A DNA stretch of 64,000 nt from Deltaproteobacteria bacterium (GTDB taxonomy: Bacteria > UBA10199 > JADGCS01): assembly GCA_024233595.1 (NCBI GenBank), contig JACKPK010000001.1, forward strand, positions 153,260-217,259, read 5' to 3'. Of this stretch, positions 1 to 10,560 are shown piece after piece (position 1 is the first letter of the stretch; every line of letters starts with the position of its first letter). The notes under the pieces are model-generated. The model was given only the letters and a program-made list of their open reading frames with translations, was not told the origin of the DNA and made no database searches. The position numbers and the translations under genes are program-made.

Positions 1-1112
1 TTCCCCCGCTTCTCTTGATCTCGTTCAATGGATTCAAACAAGGCTTGGAAGTTGCCTTGCCCAAAACCAATAGCACCATGCTTACGTTGGATGATCTCGT
101 AAAAGAAAGTCGGACGATCACTAATCGGTTTTGTAAACAATTGTAAAAGATAACCTGTTCCACCGCGTTCCACATCACAAAGAATACCCAGCTCCTCAAG
201 ATCATCGATGTTTTCTTCAATAAGACCACTCTCTTTGTTTTTTTCGCGCAAGGCATCGTAATAAGTTTTGGGGACGCTTAAAAACTCCACCCCATTGGCA
301 CGCATGGCGCGAATGCTTTTGATGATGTCCGGCGTGGCGATCGCAATGTGCTGCACACCCGTGCCGTGAAATTGCTCGATGTACTCTTCAATTTGCGATT
401 TACGCACACCCTCGTATGGCTCGTTAATCGGGTTTTTGATGACATCATCTTTAGAGCGCACCACCTTAGAAAGCAAAGCGGAGTATTTTGTTGAAATGTC
501 TCCCGGGCCAAAATGAATGATGGTTTCAAAGTCCAGAGCCTTATTGAAATAACTCTCCCAAAAATTCATTTCGTCTTCACGAACATTGCCCACAATGTGA
601 TCAATATTATTTAAGCCCGTGTCTTGCGATGAGATCTCCATTTTTTGAACAGGCTCTTTAAAACCAGGCTGAAAAAGTCCTTTGTAGTTGTCATAATTCA
701 CGAACACAATTTCGGCATCGTCGTAAATTCGGATGGCAGCCTTTTCGACATAGCCATTTTCGTCTTCGATTTTATATGGGCGGTGCACAGGGATTGCGCC
801 GTGCTCACGAGCAAATTGAAACGCTTTGGTGACATCATCGACTTCAAAGCCCCAGCGTTTTACACCATCGCCATGACGCTCTAAAAATGAAGTGATCTCG
901 TGTGTGCCAGGATCACAGCTGGTGGTGATGACGAACTTAAGATTATTTTTAGTCAGAAGATAAGAATTACGATCACGGCAACCTGTTTCTGGTCCCATAT
1001 AGGCCTTGGCTTCAAAACCCATGGCGCGCATATGCCAATAGGCTGTCATTTTTCCTGAGCCCACAAAAAATTCCACAAAATCATAGCCGCGTATGCCAAC
1101 GGTGTTTGCCAT
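1..1112 (-). CDS. hppD: 4-hydroxyphenylpyruvate dioxygenase, 3' end runs off the window
   Basis: Manual translation from ATG at 1112 (GGAGG RBS upstream): MANTVGIRGYDFVEFFVG...DHIVGNV...GVQHIAI...GYLLQLFTKPISDRPTFFYEIIQRKHGAIGFGQGNFQALFESIERDQEKRG. The frame is open to the edge, so it is absent from the ORF track. Confidence 0.93.
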   Translation of the reverse strand, partial: MANTVGIRGYDFVEFFVGSGKMTAYWHMRAMGFEAKAYMGPETGCRDRNSYLLTKNNLKFVITTSCDPGTHEITSFLERHGDGVKRWGFEVDDVTKAFQFAREHGAIPVHRPYKIEDENGYVEKAAIRIYDDAEIVFVNYDNYKGLFQPGFKEPVQKMEISSQDTGLNNIDHIVGNVREDEMNFWESYFNKALDFETIIHFGPGDISTKYSALLSKVVRSKDDVIKNPINEPYEGVRKSQIEEYIEQFHGTGVQHIAIATPDIIKSIRAMRANGVEFLSVPKTYYDALREKNKESGLIEENIDDLEELGILCDVERGGTGYLLQLFTKPISDRPTFFYEIIQRKHGAIGFGQGNFQALFESIERDQEKRG

Positions 1113-1231
1113 AAAACCTCCAAAAATTGTTTAGGGGATCTCTAATGTCTCGGTACGAAAATGCAAGCTCTGTCCCAAGCAATTTTCTGCACTGCAAAAC
1201 ACGAACAAAAGTTGTTTAGAAAGGGCTCTAG

Positions 1232-2797
1232 CTAGGAATTTTGGATTTTAGGCACGGGGTCACGCGAGAGTTTAAAATAGAAGGTCGTGCCCTTTCCGGG
1301 TTCCGACTCAAAAGAAATTTTCCCACCATGGCGTTCCACAACCTTTTTACAAATGGCCAAGCCGATGCCGGTGCCTGGAAATTCCGACTGCAGGTTTAGT
1401 CTTTGAAAAACCTGAAAAACACGGTCCGAAAATTTGGATTCAATGCCAATGCCATTGTCTTTAACCCAAAACTCAAAGACCTTGCCATTGTCCCGAGATT
1501 CGATCGCAACATGCGGGACTTTGCCAGCCGGACAAAATTTAATCGCGTTGCCAATCAAATTTAAAAACAGTTGATGCAAGAGTGTTTTCGCCCCCACCAA
1601 AGAAGGCATGGGGCCAACCTCAATCGTGGCGCGTTTTTCTGTGATCTCGGCTTCTAAATCATTTAACACACCATCGATGAGCTCTTTTATAGAAACACTT
1701 TCCCATTCTAAATCAGTTTTTCCCGCACGTGAAAACTGCAACAGGTCTGCAATCAGAACTTGCATTTTAGAGGCAGACCCAACAACGCGATCTAAGTAAC
1801 TCAAATTATCTTCATCAAGTTTGGGTCCCATCTCTTCTTTAAGAATATCACTGTAACTGACAATCCGTCTTAAAGGGCCTTGTAAATCATGGCTAGCCAC
1901 ATAGGCAAATTGCTCAAGCTCTTGATTACTCTGTTTGAGTTCTTCGTTCATTTTCTCCAAGCGCACTTTGAACTGAATCTGGTCAGTGATATCTTGGATC
2001 TGAGAAATAAAATACAAAGGCTTGTCATCATGAGAACGCACAAGCGAAACGGTCAGATTAATCCAAATCAATCCTTTTTTAGGCGTGATGTAACGCTTTT
2101 GCATTGAGTAAGATGAAATCTCTCCAGCAAGCAATTGACGAACATTGTTCATGTCGGAATCAATGTCTTCAGGATGAGTGATACTTTGAAAATCAGTGGC
2201 TAAGATTTCGTCCTCGGACATTCCCAAAATACTCACCAGCGCTGGGTTCACTTTTAAAAACCGCCCATCCAAAGAAACCACAGTCAAGCCTATGGCTGAA
2301 TACTCAAAAGCACTTCTAAAACGTTCACGATCTTCAAAACGAGCCCATTCGTGTTGTTTTTCAAAAGACAAATCAAGAATGACCCCCAGGTACCCCACGA
2401 TCTCATTCTTAGAATCATACAAAGCTGTTACCGTTAAGCTCACAGGAAATCGTTTGCCCTGTTTCGAAACGAAGGTCCATTCCTGGGTTTCCTTTTCGCC
2501 ACGTTTAGCGGCATGCACAAACACATCAAAACCTGGTTCTATTTTTTGATTGTAGATTTGACTCAACTGATCAGCGCGGTTTTTGATTTCATCAAGGTCA
2601 TGCCAAATGGCGGGGGTCTGTTTGCCCACAATTTCATCTGCTGTGTAACCCAATAATTTTTCGGCGGCCCTATTAAACTGAGTCACCACCCCATCTAAAT
2701 CGGTAGAAATCACCATATGGGCACTATTGGCTAAAATTTGTTCCGCCAAGCGGTTCCCATCAATCTGATCCTGATTCGGCTGTTTTTTTTCGTTCAA
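1232..2797 (-). CDS. Cytoplasmic PAS-PAS sensor histidine kinase (orphan)
   Basis: Two PAS/PAC repeats; H-box FAYVASHDLQGPLR, N-box NLIGNAIKF, G1 VKDNGIGI, G2 GTGIGLAICK and GKGTTF; no TM segment and no adjacent response regulator. Confidence 0.92.
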   Translation of the reverse strand: MNEKKQPNQDQIDGNRLAEQILANSAHMVISTDLDGVVTQFNRAAEKLLGYTADEIVGKQTPAIWHDLDEIKNRADQLSQIYNQKIEPGFDVFVHAAKRGEKETQEWTFVSKQGKRFPVSLTVTALYDSKNEIVGYLGVILDLSFEKQHEWARFEDRERFRSAFEYSAIGLTVVSLDGRFLKVNPALVSILGMSEDEILATDFQSITHPEDIDSDMNNVRQLLAGEISSYSMQKRYITPKKGLIWINLTVSLVRSHDDKPLYFISQIQDITDQIQFKVRLEKMNEELKQSNQELEQFAYVASHDLQGPLRRIVSYSDILKEEMGPKLDEDNLSYLDRVVGSASKMQVLIADLLQFSRAGKTDLEWESVSIKELIDGVLNDLEAEITEKRATIEVGPMPSLVGAKTLLHQLFLNLIGNAIKFCPAGKVPHVAIESRDNGKVFEFWVKDNGIGIESKFSDRVFQVFQRLNLQSEFPGTGIGLAICKKVVERHGGKISFESEPGKGTTFYFKLSRDPVPKIQNS

Positions 2798-2875
2798 AAG
2801 AACTCACCTACCTTGCTCATTAGAGAGATTATTATAGGACAAAATCAGAGGTAAAGCAGCAAAAATACGGTTAAC

Positions 2876-3565
2876 TCATGCTGCCTGTTGTAAAAAGGCT
2901 TTTAAGAATGCATAGCTTTTCAGAGGTCTTTGCAACTGCCTTTCGATTGCCAAACACAAGACCCTCACGACATCATCAGAACAAAGTTTTTCGGTATTGT
3001 GCTCTTCGCGAATTTGCCATTGCGACACCACCTTGTGTGAAACACAAGCGCCACACAACACGCCACCTCTTTCGGGATCAAACACAATCGGTGTCGAAAA
3101 CAACGTGCTCTTGCATTCCAAACAAGTCGAAAAGTTCATCGCAAAACCAGTGAGTTTTAAAAAATCCAAAAGGCATTGACCAAAATCCAATGAATTCTCT
3201 TGAATGCTTTTTAAAACACTCTCCCACAACAAGAAGGTTTCGTCTCCACCTTCGCCATCGGGATGAAAGGCAATGGTGACTTCGGCAAGCAGATTCAAAA
3301 AACCATAAAGCTTCAGGTCATTGACCACGGAAGCCACAAGAGGCTTTTTTAGACTGTCGAGCTGTTTGCAAGGCTTGCTTTTCTCTAACCACGAAATTAC
3401 CAAACTAAAAGCCCAAACACACCAGCGCCTTCTTGGGTTACGTAGGCCTTCACAAAAAAATTTTTCTCAGGCCAACGTCTTTAATAACACAGTGATGATT
3501 TCATCGGCTTCGCCGTATGGGGTTTTAAACAGAACAAAACCGGAATGGGTTTGGAGTTCAATCAT
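2876..3565 (-). CDS. recO: DNA repair protein RecO, interrupted by indels (probable consensus error)
   Basis: N-terminus MIELQTHSGFVLFKTPYGEADEIITVL from ATG 3565; C-terminal part carries the Zn finger CLECK...GGVLCGAC; follows mgtE with an ATGA overlap. Confidence 0.8.
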
Positions 3566-4955
3566 GATAAGGATGATGGCAAGTGAATGAGTCCCGCCAC
3601 CTGAAAGTAAACTAATAAGCTCATGGCATCCATTAAAAGAAATGCACAAAACGCCCGAACTGAGTTTAGAGAATCCCTGGTTTAAAGACGATCAAAAACA
3701 AATGGCATAAAAAAGGTTCCAAAAGACCGAAAAAACAGCCACGCTGAACACTTAAAAGACAAAGCCAATGCTCATTTTCTATTTCGCCCTATGAAAACGC
3801 AAAACGCCATAGGCATAAACCAAAGTTGCCAACACCAAGGACACCAAAAAAGTAATGCTGTTTTGTCCCCACAAAGCACGGCGTGCGCGTGTTTGTTCAA
3901 AATCTTTACTCAAGACACCTTCATACACCAGGGTCGTGCTTTGGGTCGCAATGCTTCCCCTAAACACCAAGACCAAGGGCGCAAAACAAAAAGCCACAAC
4001 CTCTTTTGGCAAGTGACCAAAAGTAACGCAAATGATTTCCGGAACAAATGGGCCCACCCAAAAACAACAGCCCATACCAAACGGCACCGAAGCAAAGGCT
4101 CTCCAAAAGAAAGTCTTCAATGGCCTCTGGTTCTACCCTACCAATTGCAAAACTTCCTCGTGCTGCTCATCGCGAATGTAATCGATGACATCGTCCACCA
4201 TGACCACACCAGCCAATTTGCCTTCGCGATCCACAACCGGGAGACTCACAAAATTATACTCTTCTACATAGCGAGCAGCTTTTCTTACCCAGATCATACA
4301 AGCTCACAGTATGAGCACATGCGAATCATGAATTCTTTGAGCACACGTTTGCTTAGCACTTGCAAAAGCTGTTTAAGCGAAATGACGCCAACCAGGTTTT
4401 CAAAGTCATCGGTGATGTAAGGTAAAAAAGTTTTCGACTTCATCCGGCATCTGCTTGTTGGATTTTAGAAATCGCCTCGGCAGCTGCATGTCGTTTTGGT
4501 TCACGGAAAAAACGTTCACCGCCATGAAATACGACCACAACTATCGTCTTCGTACTGCGAAGTCGTTTACTTTAACGCTGCATGGGGCCTTTGATCACAC
4601 GTTGACAAAGCTCTGCTACCGCCAAATCCTCGTCTGAATCTTCAGCCAATAAATTCGCGGCTTCGTCTTCCGAAAGATTCTGCAAAACATGCACAATGTG
4701 TTCTTTGTCTTTGGTGATTTCCAGATAGGTCTCGACAAACTTGCCCTCTAACTCCACAAAAGCATCGGCTTCGATCTCGGTGCCTTTGATGAGCTTCAAC
4801 AAGGCCACAGCCTCGTCATCAGCAAACTGCCTTAAAACAGAAGCCACTTCCGAGGGGTGAGACTTTAGGAGCAAACGTTTCGCATGCTCCAAGGCATCGC
4901 GTCGCATGAGACGCTTGATGCTTTGTAATAGGATGTCAGATTTGCTGACCTTCAT
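3562..4955 (-). CDS. mgtE: Magnesium transporter MgtE, full-length span but multiply frameshifted
   Basis: MgtE_N (SHPSEVASVL, NLSEDEAANLL), CBS pair fragments (LPVVDREGKLAGVVMVDDVIDYI) and C-terminal TM remnants (GTFFMPFVFDRL, MDAMSLLVYFQVA) ending in a TGA at 3562 that overlaps the recO ATG. Confidence 0.8.
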
Positions 4956-5849
4956 GATATTTGCATGTTATTGAATTTGCCCAAACCTTGGAATTCGGTG
5001 AAGCGGGTCTTGATGTCTTCAAAGTTGATTTCTTTCAATCGTTCACAACTGAATTTTTCGACATTAAAACTAGCCATGACCGAACCACAAATCACAGCGG
5101 TTTTCATGGAGTCGTAATCAAAGCGTTCACAACGATCAAGGTAACCAAGCATACCACCAGCAAAGCCTCCACCAGCACCTGTTGGGTCATTCCGTCATCA
5201 ATTGGCAAACTGGAGCGCTGAAATCTCTTGTCCAAAAACAAAAAGCGCCGTATTCCCCTTGTTTGATCACAACAATTTTGGGGCCCCACTCTTGCAACTG
5301 ACGAGCTGCTTTCACAAGATTGGATTGCTCTGTCAGCATGCGGGCTTCGCCTTCGTTCAGGGTCAGCAAGTCCACCTTAGCCAAGGTTTTAATAACCGAT
5401 TCTTTTTTGTGATTGATCCACAGATTCATGGTGTCCATCACAACCAATTCTGATTCACCCGCTTTATCGATAACGGCACGTTGCTGATCAGGATCAATGT
5501 TGGCCAAAATAAAATGCGAATTTTTGTAAGACTCAGGCAAAACCGGCTCGTAGTTTTCGATCGTTGAGCTGTGCCAAAGTGTGCGCCGTGTTCATGTCAT
5601 TACTCTGGTGCCCCACCAACGAAAGGTTTTCTTGCCTTGCATCACCTGCAAACCATCGGTGTGATACCGGTCGCGGAACATGTGCTCATCGGGAAAGTCA
5701 TCCCCCACCACGGCAATCATATTCACATCGGTGAAAAAACTCGCCGACATAGAAAAGTGCGACGCTGTGCCGCCCAAGCCATCTTTGATTTCTCCAAAAG
5801 GCGTTTTCACATCGTCAAAAGCCACGGTTCCAATTACTGTTACTGCCAT
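4952..5849 (-). CDS. PfkB/ribokinase-family carbohydrate or nucleoside kinase, frameshifted
   Basis: Three ORF pieces: VIGTVAFDDVKTP...LGGTASHFS; LANIDP...MDTMNLWI...LNEGEA...VVIKQGEYGA; anion-hole segment PTGAGGGFAGG; stop overlaps the mgtE start (ATGA). Confidence 0.85.
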
Positions 5850-5923
5850 TTTTACATTCCTTTCATCTAGCCGTTGGATCTACTATTTTGCCACAACAAG
5901 CCTCTTCTATCTTAAACTGTTCC

Positions 5924-6787
5924 CTAGTCCTTAAAATATTTCCCAATGATGGGTTCTAATCTTTGGATCACATCTTTGCTGATCAATTCACGCTTGGTCA
6001 TGACCGCCGATTTCAAAACGCCTTCGCTCTCGAGCTTTTGATCAAAATCAAAGGCCTGTACCGCAGACACCAAGATTTTTTGAGCGTTTGCGATGTTTTT
6101 ATTCAGAGTCGCAATCACCTGCTCTGTTGTAACATGATCATGCTCCGGATGCCAACAATCATAGTCAGTCGAAAGCGCCAAAGTGGCGTAATCGATTTCG
6201 GCTTCACGCGCGAGCTTGGCTTCTTGCAGGTTGGTCATGCCAATGACATCGGCACCCAATTGACGATAAAAATTGCTTTCGGCAATGGTCGAAAACTGTG
6301 GCCCTTCCATGCACACATAAGTGCCTTTCTGATGACACTCAGCTCCAATTTTCTGGCAAGCCGCAATCAAGATTTTGCGCAAATAGCCGCTCACGGGGTG
6401 AGCCAAACTCACGTGCCCCACAATGCCTTTTTCGAAAAAAGTGGATGGACGCTCACGCGTGCGATCAATGAACTGATCCACAATCACCATATGCCCGGGC
6501 ACGATCTCTTGTCTTAAAGAGCCCACCGCCGAAACCGAAAAAATAGCTTTTACACCGACTTTTTTAAAAGCCCAAATGTTAGCGCGGTAATTGATTTCTG
6601 AAGGCGAGTACCGATGCCCTGCCCCATGGCGCGCCAAAAACACAACCGGCACACCTGCCAATTTGCCAATGCGCAAGGGATCAGAAGGCATCCCAAAAGG
6701 AGTTTCGATTTGACGCTCTTCTTCAAGTTGAAATTCTTCCATGTCGTAAAGGCCACTGCCTCCGATGATCCCAATGTACTGACTCAT
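5924..6787 (-). CDS. mtnP: S-methyl-5'-thioadenosine phosphorylase
   Basis: IGIIGGSGLY, FLARHG, NYRANIWA, EGPQFST, GMT..EA.LARE, STDYDCW motifs. Confidence 0.93.
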   Translation of the reverse strand: MSQYIGIIGGSGLYDMEEFQLEEERQIETPFGMPSDPLRIGKLAGVPVVFLARHGAGHRYSPSEINYRANIWAFKKVGVKAIFSVSAVGSLRQEIVPGHMVIVDQFIDRTRERPSTFFEKGIVGHVSLAHPVSGYLRKILIAACQKIGAECHQKGTYVCMEGPQFSTIAESNFYRQLGADVIGMTNLQEAKLAREAEIDYATLALSTDYDCWHPEHDHVTTEQVIATLNKNIANAQKILVSAVQAFDFDQKLESEGVLKSAVMTKRELISKDVIQRLEPIIGKYFKD

Positions 6788-6851
6788 AATGTTATCCTTT
6801 TTTGAGTTCTCAGGTCTTGCACTTTACGCTTTGCTCTGCGAGAAAACACTC

Positions 6852-8228
6852 ATGCAAGACATTGCCCTAGATAAAATTTTGCAAGCGACTAAAAACAGCG
6901 ACAATGCGTTTGCTGAAATCTTTATTGAGTCATCAGAATTAGAGGAACTCAACTTTAGCAACAACAAACTCGAAAGCTACAAACACGGCAGCGACCAAGG
7001 AGCCGGCATTCGTCTCATTGAAGGTCTTGATTCGGCTTACGCCTACAGCAACGACCTGAATGAACAAAACCTGCACGCCTTAGCGCAATCCTTAAAATCA
7101 GCCTTTCCCGCAGCTGCATCGCATAAAAAGATCACCCTCAAAAAACAAGGAACAAATTACCTTAAAAACAGCAAGCATCTTGACCCCTTACAAGACCACA
7201 AGCAGAAGCTTGCCCTCTGTGAAGAAGCCAACGAGCTGGCCAGACAAAAAAGCCCACTTGTGCACCAGGTCGAGATCCAATTGAATCAAAGTTTATCGCA
7301 ACGCCTCATTGCCAACTCAGATGGTCTTTTGGTCAACAGCCCTCTTGATCAAATCACGCTCGCCATCACAATCACCATTAAAAAAGACGACGACCTCATC
7401 ACCGCGCTAGAAGCTTTGGCGTTCACAGGAAACTTTAAAGACATCCTCAAACAAGACTGGAAATCAAAAGTCATCCAAACCACAGAACGAGCCATTCAGC
7501 AGCTTTCCGCACGCACAATCAAAGGCGGTCCCATGCCAGTTGTGATCTCGAGCGAAGCCGGTGGCACTTTGATTCACGAAGCCGTTGGCCATGGTTTAGA
7601 AGGTGACTTGGTTGCAGAAAATTTATCCGTGTTCAAAAACAAACTCGGCACCGCGATTGCCTCTCCTAAAATCACAGTGATTGACGATCCCACACTCAGT
7701 AAAAATTATGGGTCTTACCCTTACGATGACGAAGGCACCAAAACACAAAAAACAGTTTTGATCGAAAACGGCATTTTAAAAAACTACCTTTGCGATCGCC
7801 TTGCTGCCAAACGTTTGCAACTGCAACCCACCGGCAATGCCAGGCGTGAATCATACGAACACCGACCACTTGTGCGCATGAGTAACACTTACGTGGCGCC
7901 AGGGTCGGACAACCCACAAGAAATTTTAGCCAGTGTCGACAAGGGGCTTTTTGTCAAACGCATGGGAGGTGGGCAAGTCGATACCGTCACCGGCGAATTT
8001 GTGTTTGAAGCCGAAGAAGCCTACCTGATCAAAAACGGAAAAATCACCGATCCGATTAAGAACGCTTCATTAATTGGCAATGGCCCGCGCTTGCTCAAAG
8101 AAATCGACATGATTGGCAATGATTTGCACTTTTGTTCTGGAGTGTGTGGCAAAGACAATCAATCCGTGCCTGTCACAGACGCGATCCCCACTTTGCGTAT
8201 CCCCAACATGGTTGTGGGCGGAAAATAA
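6852..8228 (+). CDS. tldD: TldD/PmbA family metallopeptidase
   Basis: GTLIHEAVGHGLEGD (HExxxH), DDEG, GNARRESY, RMSNTY, GVCGKDNQSVPV; ATG at 6852 preferred over the upstream start in the ORF track. Confidence 0.9.
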   Translation: MQDIALDKILQATKNSDNAFAEIFIESSELEELNFSNNKLESYKHGSDQGAGIRLIEGLDSAYAYSNDLNEQNLHALAQSLKSAFPAAASHKKITLKKQGTNYLKNSKHLDPLQDHKQKLALCEEANELARQKSPLVHQVEIQLNQSLSQRLIANSDGLLVNSPLDQITLAITITIKKDDDLITALEALAFTGNFKDILKQDWKSKVIQTTERAIQQLSARTIKGGPMPVVISSEAGGTLIHEAVGHGLEGDLVAENLSVFKNKLGTAIASPKITVIDDPTLSKNYGSYPYDDEGTKTQKTVLIENGILKNYLCDRLAAKRLQLQPTGNARRESYEHRPLVRMSNTYVAPGSDNPQEILASVDKGLFVKRMGGGQVDTVTGEFVFEAEEAYLIKNGKITDPIKNASLIGNGPRLLKEIDMIGNDLHFCSGVCGKDNQSVPVTDAIPTLRIPNMVVGGK

Positions 8229-8230
8229 AA

Positions 8231-8956
8231 CTAAAATAAATTTTTAAAAGCCGCACGACGAACGCGCTTTTTGTGATTCGAAACACTGTCCCACAAAGCT
8301 AAGCTCAAAGGACATTGAGCCTCTGCCGCTTGCACTTGGTCATAATCAAAAACAGCTGTTGTTCTGATCAAAGCACTTGTTTGCTCTGCGCTTAAAGGCT
8401 GATTGTTTTGCTCGCATAAAAAATCAAGTTGCAAGAGACTTTCTAAAGAAAGAGACGCGGCCTTGTTTTGGGCACAAGCACCACAACGCACACAATCGAG
8501 TGCCTGCTGATTTTTAGGAACACCTGCGAATGCCTTTGCCTGCTTGTAGTTTTGTTCTGTGAGCGAATGCTCGTGAAACCCAATGGGAACAATCCACTCT
8601 GCCAAAGCTTTTGTTTCGTCTTCGCTTTGGCGCAGGTCAACCCAAAGATCACGGATCACAGAAAACCCTGCCAAAGGCTCGACAACAATGGGCTGCACCA
8701 ATTCATCAAGAACCACATCGCGAATCGACAAAGCAGCCCCGTTAACAATCACCATGGTTTTACTTTGCTCAAAAGACGACTGCGCTTCCCACACAACCGG
8801 CGCGACTGATTCGCCGTTTAAATTAATGGGGCGTTCTTGAATGACTTGCAAAGCTGTTTCTAAAGTGGCTCTCTCTGGTAACTGCAATTGAAATTGCTCC
8901 CAGTAAAAACTCTCGTTTGCTTTTTGGCGCCGGATTTTTAACAACACTGTTTTCAT
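8231..8956 (-). CDS. Divergent SdhB-like protein retaining only one [4Fe-4S] ligand set
   Basis: Bacillus-type SdhB scaffold (IQERPINLNGE..PVVWE, QPIVVEPLAGFSVIRDLWVD, AAFKNLF). No [2Fe-2S] Cys; CVRCGAC plus distal QCP retained. Confidence 0.85.
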   Translation of the reverse strand: MKTVLLKIRRQKANESFYWEQFQLQLPERATLETALQVIQERPINLNGESVAPVVWEAQSSFEQSKTMVIVNGAALSIRDVVLDELVQPIVVEPLAGFSVIRDLWVDLRQSEDETKALAEWIVPIGFHEHSLTEQNYKQAKAFAGVPKNQQALDCVRCGACAQNKAASLSLESLLQLDFLCEQNNQPLSAEQTSALIRTTAVFDYDQVQAAEAQCPLSLALWDSVSNHKKRVRRAAFKNLF

Positions 8957-10560
8957 TATCCTGCCACCTCCAAGCGCTGACGTCGCTTTGGCTTAACAAT
9001 GGCGTGCTGCAAGTTTTTGAGCTGGTAATCGTAACGCCCTTGTTTAAGCGTGATGCAAGAATCTTGTAGGAAAAGATCATCGCGTGGTTCGTAAAAACCA
9101 ATTTTGTAATGCACGCCACGCGATTCATCGCGTTTTTCGGCCGCCATACTCAACGCTGGCGCCAATTCCAAAGCAGTGAATAAATCACGAGCGCGTGCTA
9201 ATTCTTGGTTGGCGTGCTCAGATTGATCATGCAAACCAAGACGACTGGCCTTTTCTTTAAGGGCTTCACAACGCGTGGCAAATTTTTGCAAGACAGCGTT
9301 GTCGCGCATAGGACCCAAGGCAAAATGACAGAGTTCGCTCAATTCTCTTTTGAGCGCGCTGAGGTTTTCGGGTCCGCTTAATTCCAAAAGATCTTGCACC
9401 CGTCTTTTTTGATCATCTTTAAGAGCGGGTAAAAATTGCTTGGCACTAAGAGAAGAATCACCACCCCAATGCGTTTTCTGCATAAGCTGATTGGCCAGGT
9501 CCAAACCCGTTTGCATCTGCAGAGCAAAGGCATTGCTTGGCAGACAACCGGCACCAAACAAGGCATTGCTGGCAAAGCCAATGGCATAAAGCCCCGACAA
9601 ATCTGTTTGGTGTGCGTCATCTGTGGCAAGCCCACCTAAAAAGTGTTTGAACCCAGGACGCACCGGGATTTGTTGATCGCCCTGCTCTAAGAAAATGCTC
9701 TCGCCCGTTTTAGCCGTGGCTTGCACCTTGGCCATGGCACGGCTGATTAAAAAATCAGGCAAGTCCTGCCAATCGCTATACCAGTCTTCTAAAAAGTAAA
9801 AACGCTCGCCATTGTTTTTTTGCAAAAACAAGCGACCAGCTTTTTGATTTAAAACATCGAGCGATAAGTAAGAGCTGCCCACTTGCGAAGACGCAGTCAA
9901 AGGATGAAAGGCAATGAACTCAGCGCCCTGCAACGAAGCGCCTTCTTTTAAGCAGCTCAATAAAAAGCCATCGTTTTGAAACGATGACTGTGAAAAAAAC
10001 AAAGATTGCGCAAATCCTTCTGCACAAACCACCGCTTCAGCAGAAAAGGCTTCGATTTCCATGCTGGCCGCGTTCTCGGCCACAACACCCGCCACACCTT
10101 GCTCGGTGTTTGCCAAAGCCAAGGGACGCCAGTGTTCTAATACACGCACGCGATGACTGGCTTGATGACAACGCAACTGCTGCAATAATAATTGGTAAGC
10201 GCGCTGCTCATTGAATTCATAAAAACCGTTCAGACCCAAAGATGAATTGGCGGCTTTGAGCTCTAGCCCCAAGGCTTGCAAGTATTGTAAATAAGAAGCG
10301 CTAGATTGACAGAGTTCGCGGATCTTAATGTGATTGCCTAAGAAACCCGCGAAACGCACGCTGTCTAAAAAATGTTGGTCTTGATCTTTTTTGCTTAAGC
10401 TAGCGCGAAACACACTTTGGCCAAGAGCCTGCGGCGCCACACCCAAAGTGCGTTGCGAAAACAACAACACCTGATGCCCTGCCATTGCCATTTCGTTGGC
10501 CAAACAAATGCCTGCAACCGAAGCGCCTAAGATGATCACACGTTGAGAATGATTTTTCAC
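8956..10560 (-). CDS. Divergent SdhA-like flavoprotein homolog lacking the covalent-FAD His and catalytic Arg residues
   Basis: Collinear with Bacillus-type SdhA (VIILGASVAG, EHWRPL, EFIAFHP, YFLEDWY, KHFLGGL, GLYAIG, GPENL..L..EL, RDESRGVHY). GTG at 10560 overlaps the upstream TGA; its TAA overlaps the sdhB-like ATG. Confidence 0.85.
   Translation of the reverse strand: MKNHSQRVIILGASVAGICLANEMAMAGHQVLLFSQRTLGVAPQALGQSVFRASLSKKDQDQHFLDSVRFAGFLGNHIKIRELCQSSASYLQYLQALGLELKAANSSLGLNGFYEFNEQRAYQLLLQQLRCHQASHRVRVLEHWRPLALANTEQGVAGVVAENAASMEIEAFSAEAVVCAEGFAQSLFFSQSSFQNDGFLLSCLKEGASLQGAEFIAFHPLTASSQVGSSYLSLDVLNQKAGRLFLQKNNGERFYFLEDWYSDWQDLPDFLISRAMAKVQATAKTGESIFLEQGDQQIPVRPGFKHFLGGLATDDAHQTDLSGLYAIGFASNALFGAGCLPSNAFALQMQTGLDLANQLMQKTHWGGDSSLSAKQFLPALKDDQKRRVQDLLELSGPENLSALKRELSELCHFALGPMRDNAVLQKFATRCEALKEKASRLGLHDQSEHANQELARARDLFTALELAPALSMAAEKRDESRGVHYKIGFYEPRDDLFLQDSCITLKQGRYDYQLKNLQHAIVKPKRRQRLEVAG

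Noticed and set aside
278-884. ORF-track entries 278-529 and 645-884
   Set aside because: Shadow frames of hppD, which the track missed because its stop lies outside the window.
3779-4420. 113-aa and 209-aa ORFs as independent genes
   Set aside because: The minus one is a frameshifted piece of the MgtE membrane domain; the plus one is its antisense shadow.
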